From Meyerozyma guilliermondii (Eukaryota), in assembly GCA_051546255.1 (NCBI GenBank), contig CP128821.1, positions 62,001 to 126,000 of the forward strand: a stretch of 64,000 nucleotides of DNA, written 5' to 3'. Shown one piece after another: positions 51,507-62,167 of this stretch. Position numbers and translations under genes: made by a program. Under the pieces are notes generated by a model. That model was not told the DNA's origin and made no database searches. It saw only the letters and a program-made list of their open reading frames with translations. How positions within the stretch are numbered: the first letter of the stretch is position 1; each line of letters opens with the position of its first letter.

Positions 51507-53597
51507 ATGCACCCGCACCCGTCTGGCTCGCATCGCAAGGGCCACAAGCGACAGAAACTGTCGGTCCTGAATCCAAACTTCGCCTTTGCCGATCCCGATG
51601 AATCCCACGAAAAGCAACCTCCCATCTATTCTTATCCCACCCATTTGGTTCCGGCAGTCTACTCGCCGCCCCCGGCTCCGTCGCTGGCTCGACAACTCCA
51701 CCATTTGCGCCACACTCGCAATAATCTTTCCATTTCGTCCCACTTTAATACCGTTTCGCTTGATTCTCCATTTGACGTTTCTCTGGCTCCACCGGCTCCT
51801 CCGCCTCCCACAGCGGTTCCGGATGCCGTGGCTAACCCGTTGGTACAGTCACTTATCAAACAGTTGCAAAACGTGGACAATTCCAACATCAATACCTACC
51901 TCTTGGAGGTGACAAGAAAACTCGCATTGAGCCTTCCTATCGATGAGTTCTACAACCTTTTGTTTAACGACGGCCACCCAATTATCGACACAAACAACAA
52001 AATCGACCATTCCTCTGTGGACCTGGAAAATTTGCAACGCACATCCCAAGCTTTGGATCTCCTTCTTCAGTTCTTCAAAAATCCACCTTTGCTTGCAAAA
52101 TATTTACCGGTGTCCTCCACCCACCTTTCTAGTATTAACTTCCACGAGCTCCAACGAACATTCTTAGCATTCAAGATCCTAGATGAGATCCTCGTCATTG
52201 TTCCTGGCGACCGCAACTCGCAAACCTACACCATTCCCAGGCCGTTCATATACAAAGTGTACTACATTCTTTGCCAACACTGCATTGCCAAATACCCCTT
52301 CTCGCATGATCGAGACGAAGAACAGAACCTTCTTTTGGGCCAATCGAAGTTTGGAAAACTCTTAAAAATTGCATTTCCTCTGGTTAACATCAAGCGTTTG
52401 GGCTCCCGAGGCGACTCAAAGTACCATTTTCTCGGAGTCAAATGGAACCCAGCATTGGTCTCTAGCGACACCATTAATCTATGTGAAGAAAAGGAGATCT
52501 CAGACTTGAAATTTCTATTCACTAATATGGCACCAAAGCATTCATCTCTGGCACCTCGACCACCCAAAAAACCAAGCACTAATTCTGAGAGCAAGTCAGT
52601 AACTCCAATGGCTAAACCAGAAACGTTTCCAGTAGCAAAAGCATCTGCTATAAAAGCTAACACTCACTATGTACCCTGGTTGGCAGAAGGGTTCTATAGT
52701 GACAATATTGAGCTTCAGACTTTCTTGGACCGGTTGTATGATTCGTTAGATGAGAGACTTTCATTTCTGCTCAGGACAAGAGTTAAAACCATCTTCGAAA
52801 ATACAAGGCTCTCGTCGGACCAGCAGTATCTCAGCAGCGAAATCGAGCAGATCTTCAAGATGGGCGAAGAAGAACAAAGAGCATTTTATCTCGCGCTCAT
52901 TCTTGAAATTGCACTTGAATCGTGGACTATGACCGACATTGACACCAATAATACCCATTCCAATATTCGATACTTTCTTCGGAACAAGTTTGTCGAAGAT
53001 AAAGACACTTGGAATATGAAGGTCTTTCGATCGCTTTTGCATCACTGGCTACACATGAGTTCATCTTTGACGCTGTTGGCAGAAAAGGTAGCTTATGACG
53101 AGAGCTACCACGAGACTTTAACTGGACTACTAAAAACCGAAGTTTCACCGCTGGACATTGATTCAGGAATCGGCATTGGTTTGGCCAAGAAAAGCTTGGT
53201 CAAGGTCCTTCTTGCATACGACTACATTCCCCGAGAATGTCAAGACTATAGCGTTAGCCAGCTTCAAGAGTTCTTGGCTACTATAGCTACACTGGTAGTG
53301 AATCTACTCAATGAATTTCAGAAAATGAGCAGGAGCGAAAACGACTCTGTTGACTTTCAAAAACAAAAATTGTTGCAGCTCGTCAATACCCATCTCATGA
53401 CAACTCCTGTCATGCGACTTCCAACCAGGGTGATGATAGATTTTGTGCAAACGTTTTTTCGAGATGCCCAGTCCAGAGTGCGGTTTGCACTAAATCGACA
53501 AAAAGCCGAAAACGATCAACTATGGTCCATTACCACACTCATTCATGAATATTTAAGTTTTACCGGGGAATTGTCAGGTTTGATTACCCACCATTAG
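51507..53597 (+). CDS. RFX2: RFX winged-helix transcription factor (Rfx2-like)
   Basis: SKFGKLLKIAFP..KRLGSRGDSKYHFLG RFX DNA-binding motif; ATG at 51507. RFX2 rather than RFX1 rests on recalled Candida adjacency to CAT2. Confidence 0.78.
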   Translation: MHPHPSGSHRKGHKRQKLSVLNPNFAFADPDESHEKQPPIYSYPTHLVPAVYSPPPAPSLARQLHHLRHTRNNLSISSHFNTVSLDSPFDVSLAPPAPPPPTAVPDAVANPLVQSLIKQLQNVDNSNINTYLLEVTRKLALSLPIDEFYNLLFNDGHPIIDTNNKIDHSSVDLENLQRTSQALDLLLQFFKNPPLLAKYLPVSSTHLSSINFHELQRTFLAFKILDEILVIVPGDRNSQTYTIPRPFIYKVYYILCQHCIAKYPFSHDRDEEQNLLLGQSKFGKLLKIAFPLVNIKRLGSRGDSKYHFLGVKWNPALVSSDTINLCEEKEISDLKFLFTNMAPKHSSLAPRPPKKPSTNSESKSVTPMAKPETFPVAKASAIKANTHYVPWLAEGFYSDNIELQTFLDRLYDSLDERLSFLLRTRVKTIFENTRLSSDQQYLSSEIEQIFKMGEEEQRAFYLALILEIALESWTMTDIDTNNTHSNIRYFLRNKFVEDKDTWNMKVFRSLLHHWLHMSSSLTLLAEKVAYDESYHETLTGLLKTEVSPLDIDSGIGIGLAKKSLVKVLLAYDYIPRECQDYSVSQLQEFLATIATLVVNLLNEFQKMSRSENDSVDFQKQKLLQLVNTHLMTTPVMRLPTRVMIDFVQTFFRDAQSRVRFALNRQKAENDQLWSITTLIHEYLSFTGELSGLITHH

Positions 53598-53864
53598 CAT
53601 TTGCATTAAGCATTGGCATTGCTTTACACTCATTAATAGAAGAAGATAGGCCAGAGAGTGAGTTAAAATTACATCTTTGACTCTACACTCTATCGGCTAA
53701 GTCATTATTTGCAAAGTTCATAGTATCCATATCTCATACTTTGACTCTTAAACTCCATTCTCTGTAATCTATATGAACTTGAAAGGTCGCTTTCAGTATC
53801 TCTGGAATTATATAATCTCTCCATCTCATTCTTATCTTCGCACGTTTAATTTTCATCTCAACTG

Positions 53865-54836
53865 ATGCCTGCTAGTCAGAACAACATCAAATTGCTCACG
53901 GGAAACTCCCATGTCGAGCTTTCCCACCTCATATCTGAGAAGCTAAACATAGGCTTGGCCAACGTGACCGCTTTCCAATACACAAACAGAGAAACTGCCG
54001 TAATTGTTGGCGAGTCGGTTCGAGATGAGGACGTCTATGTCATACAGACTGGCTGTGGAGAACAAAATATTAACGATTACCTCATGGAAATGATGGTGAT
54101 TATGAACGCTTTGCGTACCTCGAGTGCCAGAAGAATAACGGCCGTGATACCGAATTTTCCATACGCCAGACAAGATAAAAAAGACCGGTCCCGAGCACCG
54201 ATTACTGCCAAACTTATTGCTAATTTGCTCCAAACCGCTGGATGTAACCACGTCATCACCATGGATCTCCACGCATCCCAAATCCAAGGCTTTTTCCGGG
54301 TTCCAGTGGACAATTTGTATGCGGAACCATTGGTGTTGCGATACATCAAAGAGAAGTATAATAAGGACGATTTAGTTATTGTTTCACCCGATGCTGGCGG
54401 AGCAAAGAGAGTGGCTTCTATTGCCGACAAGCTAGATGTCAGATTTGCCTTGATACACAAAGAAAGACAACGAGCCAATGAAGTGTCTCGAATGGTGCTT
54501 GTTGGAGATGTTAAAGATAATGTATGCATACTCATCGATGATATGGCAGACACTTGTGGCACTCTTTGCAAGGCAGCAGACATCTTGATGGATAATGGAG
54601 CCCAGAAAGTCATCGCTATAGTTACCCATGGAATTTTTTCCAGCAATGCCATTGAGAAACTCAACCTGTCTCGGCTCGACAAGATCGTGTGCACCAACTC
54701 CATGCCGTTGGCTGACAAGCTCCAAAAATGCCCCAAACTAGAAATCATAGATATAAGCCCGATATTGGCGGAAGCGATCCGAAGACTACACCACGGAGAG
54801 AGTGTATCTTACTTGTTTAATAATGCTCCATCTTAG
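53865..54836 (+). CDS. PRS4: Ribose-phosphate pyrophosphokinase (Prs2/Prs4 type)
   Basis: [48 protein letters not shown]. Confidence 0.88.
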   Translation: MPASQNNIKLLTGNSHVELSHLISEKLNIGLANVTAFQYTNRETAVIVGESVRDEDVYVIQTGCGEQNINDYLMEMMVIMNALRTSSARRITAVIPNFPYARQDKKDRSRAPITAKLIANLLQTAGCNHVITMDLHASQIQGFFRVPVDNLYAEPLVLRYIKEKYNKDDLVIVSPDAGGAKRVASIADKLDVRFALIHKERQRANEVSRMVLVGDVKDNVCILIDDMADTCGTLCKAADILMDNGAQKVIAIVTHGIFSSNAIEKLNLSRLDKIVCTNSMPLADKLQKCPKLEIIDISPILAEAIRRLHHGESVSYLFNNAPS

Positions 54837-54852
54837 ACCCTATATATTAATT

Positions 54853-57800
54853 TTACTGACTTACCTCTTTCGCCTCGACCAGAAACCAAGTAATACCTTC
54901 GCTCAACCTGTACGGATTTAAAGAGGTGTCGTTTTTGTTGGTGGCTGTCACCGTGTGTTCCACAATACTGACAATCCGAGCCACTATCCACTCTCTTTCG
55001 ACGCTCGGTTGGCTCTTCAAAAAGTAGTGAGGAGTCCCTATATTGAACGCTGTCCACGGCTGTATCACCTCCTGAGGTTCCTTTGTCTCTAGCCTGGTCG
55101 GAAGAAAGAGAACTAAATCATTGGTTTGAAAGTTACTCAAGGTGACTTTTGCACTCATCTTTCGAGTGAGCTTTTGTAGTTGAGTCTCATAGGTTTTCTT
55201 TTCCTTAGCCAATTTTTTGGCAAGTCCTTCCACGTCCTTGAATCTCTTGACTACAGCATTCAGAAAGAATTCGATGGTTCTTATGTCGTGCTCACTCACC
55301 TGCTCGATACTCACATTCGACCTGAAAGCCACAACTTGATTATACTTATCAAATGTTTCATCCATCTTGTTGCGACACACATTGATGATTTCTTTCGCAG
55401 ACTCTATCATGTCTGCTGGATTCACATTGATATCTGTGTGAGACCAAACCATCATGTTTTTGATTGCACCGGGCACAGGCGAACCAACATCGGTTTGTGA
55501 GTTCTCACCGTCCTGTTTCCTTGATCGCAAACCTTTCACTCTTCTGATCTTGAAGACGTTGTTCTTGCCTTCTTCGTTGGTAAGCATCAACCCCATCTTC
55601 TCAAGAATATACGAAAGCGTGAGAACATAATCAAACGTAATATGCGAGTGGTCAACGAGCTTGCCGTACAAATCTGAAGCGACACTCGTCAATTCGGCTA
55701 TAGCCTTCTCGGCGTCTTTTCGATCATTGGCACCTCTTTTCATTGCATCTAGCTCCGACGACAAGCTAGAAGACTTGTCCTTTTCTTCATTTAACTCTTG
55801 CACCAAATGATCATATTTCACCTCAGCGTTCTTCTTGAGTTCTTCATTCCTTGCGTAGAATTCATTGGCTTCTCCCGTGAGATCTTGAATCTGCTTTTTG
55901 AGAGCAAATATCTCGTTATCTTTTTCACTCGACTCTTTTTGTATTTTTTCAATAACCTGGAGCTGACTGTCAACTTTCATCTCTAGTGCCTTCTTTTGCG
56001 CCAAGATTTCAGTGTTTTGTTGAGCCAATATCTTAGTTCCCGAAAGGCTCGCTTCAAATGGAACTTTGGCTTCGACTCTTCTCTCACCGCCAATTTGAAG
56101 CTCCTGCAAACGTTTTCTCAAATCCTCGTTTTCTTTTGCAAGTTTTAAGTGGTCGGTCCTGGATGACAGTTCGTCTTTGATGGACGATCGGTGGTTCTGC
56201 AATAGGATTTTTGCGTCGTGCTGCAGATGTACCAAGACATTATCCGAGCCAACGCCGGAATTTCGCTTAGGATTGAATATTATACTTTGATCCTGAGTGG
56301 CTCCCTTGATCACAGGCCAGGTTGAAAGATCTTTGAACTGCTGTTGGTGAAGCAAGTTTTCTAGCTTTCGAATTCTATTCTTGTAGCCCTGGATCAAGTC
56401 CTGATCTTCCTTTTTGTCGTTGGGTTGTACAGCATCGATATTTTCAGGAGAAGTGTACGAGGAGAGCGTCCCTATTGCCTTTGTAACCAGCTTCATGGCA
56501 TTGGTGGACTTGATCAAGTCTTCGAAATTTCTTTCAAGAAGCATGGAGAAATTGGCATGCTTCCCGGCATCGATACTACCGACCCACTTGATGTACTTGT
56601 CGATATCTTCCCTTTGAATATCATGAATCCAAAACTTTCCGAAAAAGTCTTCTCGACCCTTGACCACTGTCACATCGAGAGATGGAAGAGTCTGGGATAA
56701 ATCGGACGGCAAAGAGTCCAAGATGGAGAGAAAAGATCCGATTTTCTTAGCCCAGATTTTGCGGAACACACGTTCTTGGTTTATAATTACCTGGAGCTGT
56801 TCAGTAACGTTACTGACTGCACCCGAGGCAAAGAAGTCATACCATTCATATTGGCGCCGCATTTCGATAATTGCAAACCCAAAAAGCAATGGCAAGTCTA
56901 TGGTCAACGATAAATACTCTTCCTTCTTTTTGATCTCTTGAACTTTTTGCATAGCGCTGCGTTGCTTGCCTTCTTGCTTTCTAGAATCAAACTCGTTCAA
57001 TGCTAGCTTGACGTTAACCATTTGCATCTGCAACCGAGCGCAATGCCGAAACAAGGCGGTTCCCTTTTCAGCCAATTTGTCCTTGAACTGGTCGAGTTTC
57101 GTGAGATCATTGTAAAGTTGGACGTACTTTTCGTCCAATTTTTTGGACAGCTCAACATGTTTTGTGTATATATCGCCCAAAACACGGCTTTCAGACGATG
57201 CTATCAGGTCAATTTCTGTCGAGATTGCGGTGCCGATGGACTTGATGTCTTCGACAAGTGATTCCAGAGCCTTTAAAGATGCAAATTCAGCAATCGACTC
57301 GTCTCTCAAAACCTGAATTTCACCATCGATATCTATTTTGGACTTATTCACCTCGTTAATGGTGGCCGATAGCTGGTTGAACTGGTCGATCACAGTCAGC
57401 AAGTTTCTTTCTACAAACTGCGACGCTTCAACTAAAGCATCGTAGTTGAGCATATCCGCAAGACGAACAGACTTACCGTTCTTGAATGTGAACTGGGGCC
57501 TGCTCGCAAGCGTTTTGTAGTGAGATTTCCAATGTTCATGAAGGGTCTTGAGGCTCAATTGGTTGATGTGATTGTAAAACTTTGTGAATGAGTTTTCGAT
57601 ATCCGACGTAAAGCTGGCGATAAACTCAAACATAATGCTAAGGCAGCGGAACATCACGCTGATTTGCCGCTTATATGCTCGAACTTGTTCATCGGCCAAT
57701 GCTGCGTCTACTTTGACAGACATAGACCATCCAGCATTCGACCGCAAACTGCTACTCATTTGCCGGATATTGAGTCCCCGACTATATGGAGCAAGCAGGG

Positions 57801-58104
57801 GATGCTTGGGAGGAGGGATATCTCGCATAGTTTGGGTGGCATAATCCTTTAAAATGGAGGCTGGGTTTTCGTTGACAAATAGTCGTTTGTCGAAAAAATA
57901 AATATCATTTAGTTCGTTGATTATGTTGAAGTCGACTCTCATGCCAAACTGAGTCAACAAAAACACATTATTGGCATCATCTAGTATGTAATTTGTAAAC
58001 GACTCCACAATATACTCTTTGAAGCTTTGATAGGAATGATATCGTATGGGTTTTTGGATCGACGTGGTTAAGCCATTATGAGCATTATGGATTGTTAGAT
58101 GCAT
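54853..58104 (-). CDS. ATG11: Selective autophagy scaffold Atg11
   Basis: FLLTQFGMR N-terminus, EMRRQYEW, coiled coils, C-terminal FQTNDLVLFLPT..PWTAFNIGTPHYFL..NPYRLSEG. Confidence 0.93.
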   Translation of the reverse strand: MHLTIHNAHNGLTTSIQKPIRYHSYQSFKEYIVESFTNYILDDANNVFLLTQFGMRVDFNIINELNDIYFFDKRLFVNENPASILKDYATQTMRDIPPPKHPLLAPYSRGLNIRQMSSSLRSNAGWSMSVKVDAALADEQVRAYKRQISVMFRCLSIMFEFIASFTSDIENSFTKFYNHINQLSLKTLHEHWKSHYKTLASRPQFTFKNGKSVRLADMLNYDALVEASQFVERNLLTVIDQFNQLSATINEVNKSKIDIDGEIQVLRDESIAEFASLKALESLVEDIKSIGTAISTEIDLIASSESRVLGDIYTKHVELSKKLDEKYVQLYNDLTKLDQFKDKLAEKGTALFRHCARLQMQMVNVKLALNEFDSRKQEGKQRSAMQKVQEIKKKEEYLSLTIDLPLLFGFAIIEMRRQYEWYDFFASGAVSNVTEQLQVIINQERVFRKIWAKKIGSFLSILDSLPSDLSQTLPSLDVTVVKGREDFFGKFWIHDIQREDIDKYIKWVGSIDAGKHANFSMLLERNFEDLIKSTNAMKLVTKAIGTLSSYTSPENIDAVQPNDKKEDQDLIQGYKNRIRKLENLLHQQQFKDLSTWPVIKGATQDQSIIFNPKRNSGVGSDNVLVHLQHDAKILLQNHRSSIKDELSSRTDHLKLAKENEDLRKRLQELQIGGERRVEAKVPFEASLSGTKILAQQNTEILAQKKALEMKVDSQLQVIEKIQKESSEKDNEIFALKKQIQDLTGEANEFYARNEELKKNAEVKYDHLVQELNEEKDKSSSLSSELDAMKRGANDRKDAEKAIAELTSVASDLYGKLVDHSHITFDYVLTLSYILEKMGLMLTNEEGKNNVFKIRRVKGLRSRKQDGENSQTDVGSPVPGAIKNMMVWSHTDINVNPADMIESAKEIINVCRNKMDETFDKYNQVVAFRSNVSIEQVSEHDIRTIEFFLNAVVKRFKDVEGLAKKLAKEKKTYETQLQKLTRKMSAKVTLSNFQTNDLVLFLPTRLETKEPQEVIQPWTAFNIGTPHYFLKSQPSVEREWIVARIVSIVEHTVTATNKNDTSLNPYRLSEGITWFLVEAKEVSQ

Positions 58105-59190
58105 GCTGACCCTAAAAGTTGACGGTTACTAGCAAATTCCGCCACTGATGGTGTAAATGATACGCCAGAAATTTATGTGGAGTATGCTATATTTGCCGCT
58201 AGTGAGACCTGTATAGAGTGCCGCACTAAACTGGAGAGAAATGAGAAACTTGAATGAATTGGGGAGTGATTAGATTCGTATGGTCGTGGGATCTTGATTA
58301 TAAAATGTTTATGATTGAGTGGCAGAAGGTCTGAATAACTGATTTAACACTTGAAATTTGCTGGTTTGCTTTATTTGATATTTTTGCCGTTTTTGAGTTG
58401 CTCTTGGTTTTGGTATGAACTTACTACAATGATTTGGGCAGTTCTGAAGCGCAATTGATGCCATGTCTTTAAGACAACTTTAAAAACTGTTTCACTTGCA
58501 GTTTTCGCAGTATTGAATAGCTGCGAACGTTAAGAAAGGAGAAGAGAAAATTTGAAAATGACAGGTAAGACCACCAAGCGATATCAAGACTTGTTTACCG
58601 AAGATAATCTCGTGAAGAAATTGCTTTTAATCTTTGTCAAGTGAGATTGAAATTTATCTACTGAAGTCTGCACTGAACACCCAACCACAGTTCAGTTCAA
58701 AACACTTCTGACTACTTACTTGGGTTTACGTTTCTACGGTTATTTTCTCGGTTAATGCAAAAGAGACTAACTTGGACAATTTTCTCATTCAAAAAATATT
58801 CAAAAAATGTTTGGTACTTGAGAGGACATGAAGCAGTTTTATAAATGTCTGGAAGAAGTGAGCAATTAGCCGCAAAATGAACCTTCACTTGGTCCTAGAC
58901 AGCATTTATGAACACGACTAGGTATCAACAAAATTAGGGGATTCACCGACAACTTTGTGTTAAAGAGTGAGGAACCGAGATTTCTTTCATAAGGCAAGAA
59001 TTGACGTATACAACACAAGCCCACAAATGGAGCCGCAACTTTGAAAAAGCAGGCGTACCACGGTCGCTGTACCTTTAAAATCAGCAGAACGAATGAAGAA
59101 CAATTCGCTTCAGCGTTGGCACAGTCTGGACCACTAAAAAGTAGTCGCAAGAGTATTATTTCAGTCGGCTTCGGTTATTATCAAATTTCA

Positions 59191-59769
59191 ATGAGTTGGT
59201 TACCACGTTACGAAACTAACCATCCATCAACGTCTCATATCTTGTCTTTTGAAGGTGACTCAATCGCCTTATCCAAATTAGATCTCAGATTAGCGTGGGA
59301 AATAGGCTGTTTCGCCAAGGACTTGGCACATGGTTTGTATTCAGTCCATTCTGTGGTGGTCGATATCACTTTGATATCCGGTCAAGTCCTTTTCCATGCC
59401 GCCTTTGGCAGCGATGTCACTTTGGATGACGAAGAATGGGTTCGCAAGAATCGTGAAGTCGTATTCAGGTTTGCCAAGTCGAGTCACATTATGGACCCTA
59501 GTAATAGAAATTGGGAGAGAGATTTAGATCTCTATTCTCTAAAATAATTTCCTCATGATGAAAATTTCAGCGGAGGCAGTGTACCTATTCGTTTCAAAGG
59601 GAGCAACATAGTGATTGGAGCATTGACCATCAGGACGGCTTGTGGAACGCACAAGAGTGATCCCGCGATAGACCATTGGGCAGCCATTGATACGTTGAGT
59701 AGGTTTGCTCAAGTCAAGGAGGGAAATAAGCCAAAAGAAGCTTCATTACCATTTTCTCTTATTAGCTAA
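59191..59769 (+). pseudogene. UPF0303/DUF336 (GlcG/HbpS-like) paralogue 1, interrupted by in-frame TAA at 59545-59547
   Basis: MSWL..AWEIG..VVDITLISGQVLFHA; homology resumes in frame after the stop (GGSVPIRFKGSNIVIGALTI..DHW) to TAA at 59767-59769. Confidence 0.8.
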
Positions 59770-60255
59770 GTGATTCTTTGGCGTTTGCTGCAATTAGTTG
59801 ATTTTTTGCACCCATTTTATTCGCAGCATTGTTGCAGGTGAGATGAATGCAGGATCTAGCGGTGTATGCCTGTGGTGGATGATAATGATGATGAAAGCAA
59901 TATTAAACTTTTACGTTGAGTTCTAGAAGCATAGAGAATAGAGAATAAAGCAATTTAAGAAACTCAGACGAAGGCTCGACTAGTGGTGAAACTAGGCAGA
60001 AATCACCGTATATCCATTGCTAGGAATCCCATAAAATTTTACTTGCTAAGCATACACTTATCACATTTCGTGTACAGTTAGCTGATTGTGGAGTAAAATT
60101 CCAGTGTCTTATTGCATAAATTTTCTCAGAAATCGACATTGATTCCGTTTAGTGGAAACACTCTCCATATTTTTTATTTGCGCATTTTGCATGGCTGCGA
60201 AAAAGAAGTGCAAAAGACAAGAAAATCCACAGAAGCAAATTTATCACAAATTGTA

Positions 60256-60759
60256 ATGAGTTGGCTCAAACGGTACCAAAAGATCCAAGAGTTATCCCAG
60301 ATTAGAAATGCCGAAGGAGAAGCAATTGCTTTATCCAATTTTGATCGTACCTTGGCATGGGAAATAGGTTGTTGCGCGAAATCCTTAGCAGAAGATTTAG
60401 GAGCCAATAATTTTGTGATTGATATTACGCTGGAATCTGGTCAAATACTTTTCCATGCTATGTCTGGCAGTAAAATCATGTTGGACGATGAAGAATGGGT
60501 TCGTAAGAATTGTAACACCGCTATCAAACGTGGCTTTTCAACGTATATCTTGACAACCTACGTGTCAAAGTACAACAAAGAGAATGGTATTCTTGTGGAG
60601 AACACCCTTTACAATGCAGGCGGTGTACCCATACGTTTGAAGGAAAGCAAGTCAATTGTGGGAGCATTGACCATCCGGGCGACTCGTGACGAACGCGATC
60701 ACTGGGTAGCCATTGAAACGCTCCATAGGTTTGCTCAAAAGAACCAAAAATCTACTTAG
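60256..60759 (+). CDS. UPF0303/DUF336 paralogue 2 (diverged)
   Basis: MSWL..AWEIG..VIDITLESGQILFHA..GGVPIRLK..VGALTI..DHW; first ATG at 60256. Confidence 0.85.
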   Translation: MSWLKRYQKIQELSQIRNAEGEAIALSNFDRTLAWEIGCCAKSLAEDLGANNFVIDITLESGQILFHAMSGSKIMLDDEEWVRKNCNTAIKRGFSTYILTTYVSKYNKENGILVENTLYNAGGVPIRLKESKSIVGALTIRATRDERDHWVAIETLHRFAQKNQKST

Positions 60760-61521
60760 GCTTAGATGTAGATATAGTTAGCGGAATATAGAATGGCTCA
60801 ATATGACCCTAGTAGCTTATTATGACCAGTAGGTATATACCGCAGTTGGTAGATTTGAGGTGGTTTTTCGCAGCCATTTTCGCACAAGACGGAACCATTA
60901 ATTACCAGAGTAAACCACCTTAAAATGATATGGATCTTGCTACTCCTCAACTCTTAAGAACTAGAGAGTTCCATTGACTTTCATTATGACACTACGATGG
61001 ACTATTGTGGACAATTATAAGTTAGCATGAAACTTTCAAAAATCACTTAAATTCGAAATTGAATTAGCAAAAGAATAATTGTGCAAAGTTACTGTTCACT
61101 AATGCAAACAGGAGGTAATTGAAGTCATGAGAGCCATTTTTCGTTAAATAAGTTGAAAATCACTACAATTGGAAGTGATGAAGATGGAGGTGAAACCACA
61201 AAATAATAAAAATAGAGTAAAAAAAACCAATGTTAATGAAGAATGAAGTTAAGAAAAGAGGAAAAAGTGAGTACATGAACAAGTTGAAAAGAATAGGCTT
61301 ACTTTCATTCACAATCAATGGCTGCAAATTCTATATTCACGAGTTCAAATTATGCCAAGACCACTTAAACACAAAGCAGCAGCAACTAACCAGCTACTAG
61401 CCTGCAAATCCATCCCTACAACCTCAGCTAATAAAAAATTCAAAAATTACCAGATCTCGACCTTGTCGTGCAACTGCCAACCCCACACTGAACTCAAATT
61501 CGCGCTCGACAATTCCTCACC

Positions 61522-62025
61522 ATGGTTTGGGGAGAAAAGTATTCAGGTATCCTGGGCTGGACCACGGATCAGCTTACACCTTTAGAAGGTGAATCAATTG
61601 CATTGCCCAAATTTGATTCCAATTTGGCTTGGGAAATAGGCAACTCTGCTAGAAATCTTGCAATTGAAAAATTTCCAAATCAACCAGTGGTGATTGATAT
61701 CACGTTAACATCTGGCCAGGTGCTTTTCCATGCTACTTCTGGCAATGGCACCGCATTAGACAACGACGACTGGGTTCGTAGAAAGCGTAACGCTGTTTTC
61801 AAGTTTGGAAAATCCAGTTTGTTCTTGGGTGCAAAGGTGAGAAGTAAGGGTGTGTCGATGACCGAAGCATTGTATGTTTCCATTGAAGATTATGCTTGTC
61901 ACGGAGGCTGTGTGCCAATTCGTTTGAAAGGAAGCGATGTCGTTATCGGGGCATTGACCATCAGTGGATTGGCCCAAACCGACGACCATATTGCTGCAAT
62001 TGAGACGTTGAAAAAGTTTGCTTAA
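61522..62025 (+). CDS. UPF0303/DUF336 paralogue 3 (canonical, YBR137W-like)
   Basis: FDSNLAWEIG, DNDDWVRRKRNAVFKFGKSS, YACHGGCVPI, GALTISGLAQTDDH. Confidence 0.9.
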   Translation: MVWGEKYSGILGWTTDQLTPLEGESIALPKFDSNLAWEIGNSARNLAIEKFPNQPVVIDITLTSGQVLFHATSGNGTALDNDDWVRRKRNAVFKFGKSSLFLGAKVRSKGVSMTEALYVSIEDYACHGGCVPIRLKGSDVVIGALTISGLAQTDDHIAAIETLKKFA

Positions 62026-62167
62026 GTTGAAGTTTGCATAAAATTAGAAAGATTACTGAAGTTAGAAGATCAATGCAAGACGCCGATTTGGAACAGATAA
62101 GAAATTTTAGTTTCTGTAGTCAATTGGACATGGAAGTTTCTGTCCTGCCGTCTTGGCTCGTTCAGGC

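Noticed and set aside
58105..59190. Possible fourth DUF336 relic or LTR in the 1.1-kb spacer
   Set aside because: No family motifs or TG..CA LTR structure found by eye.
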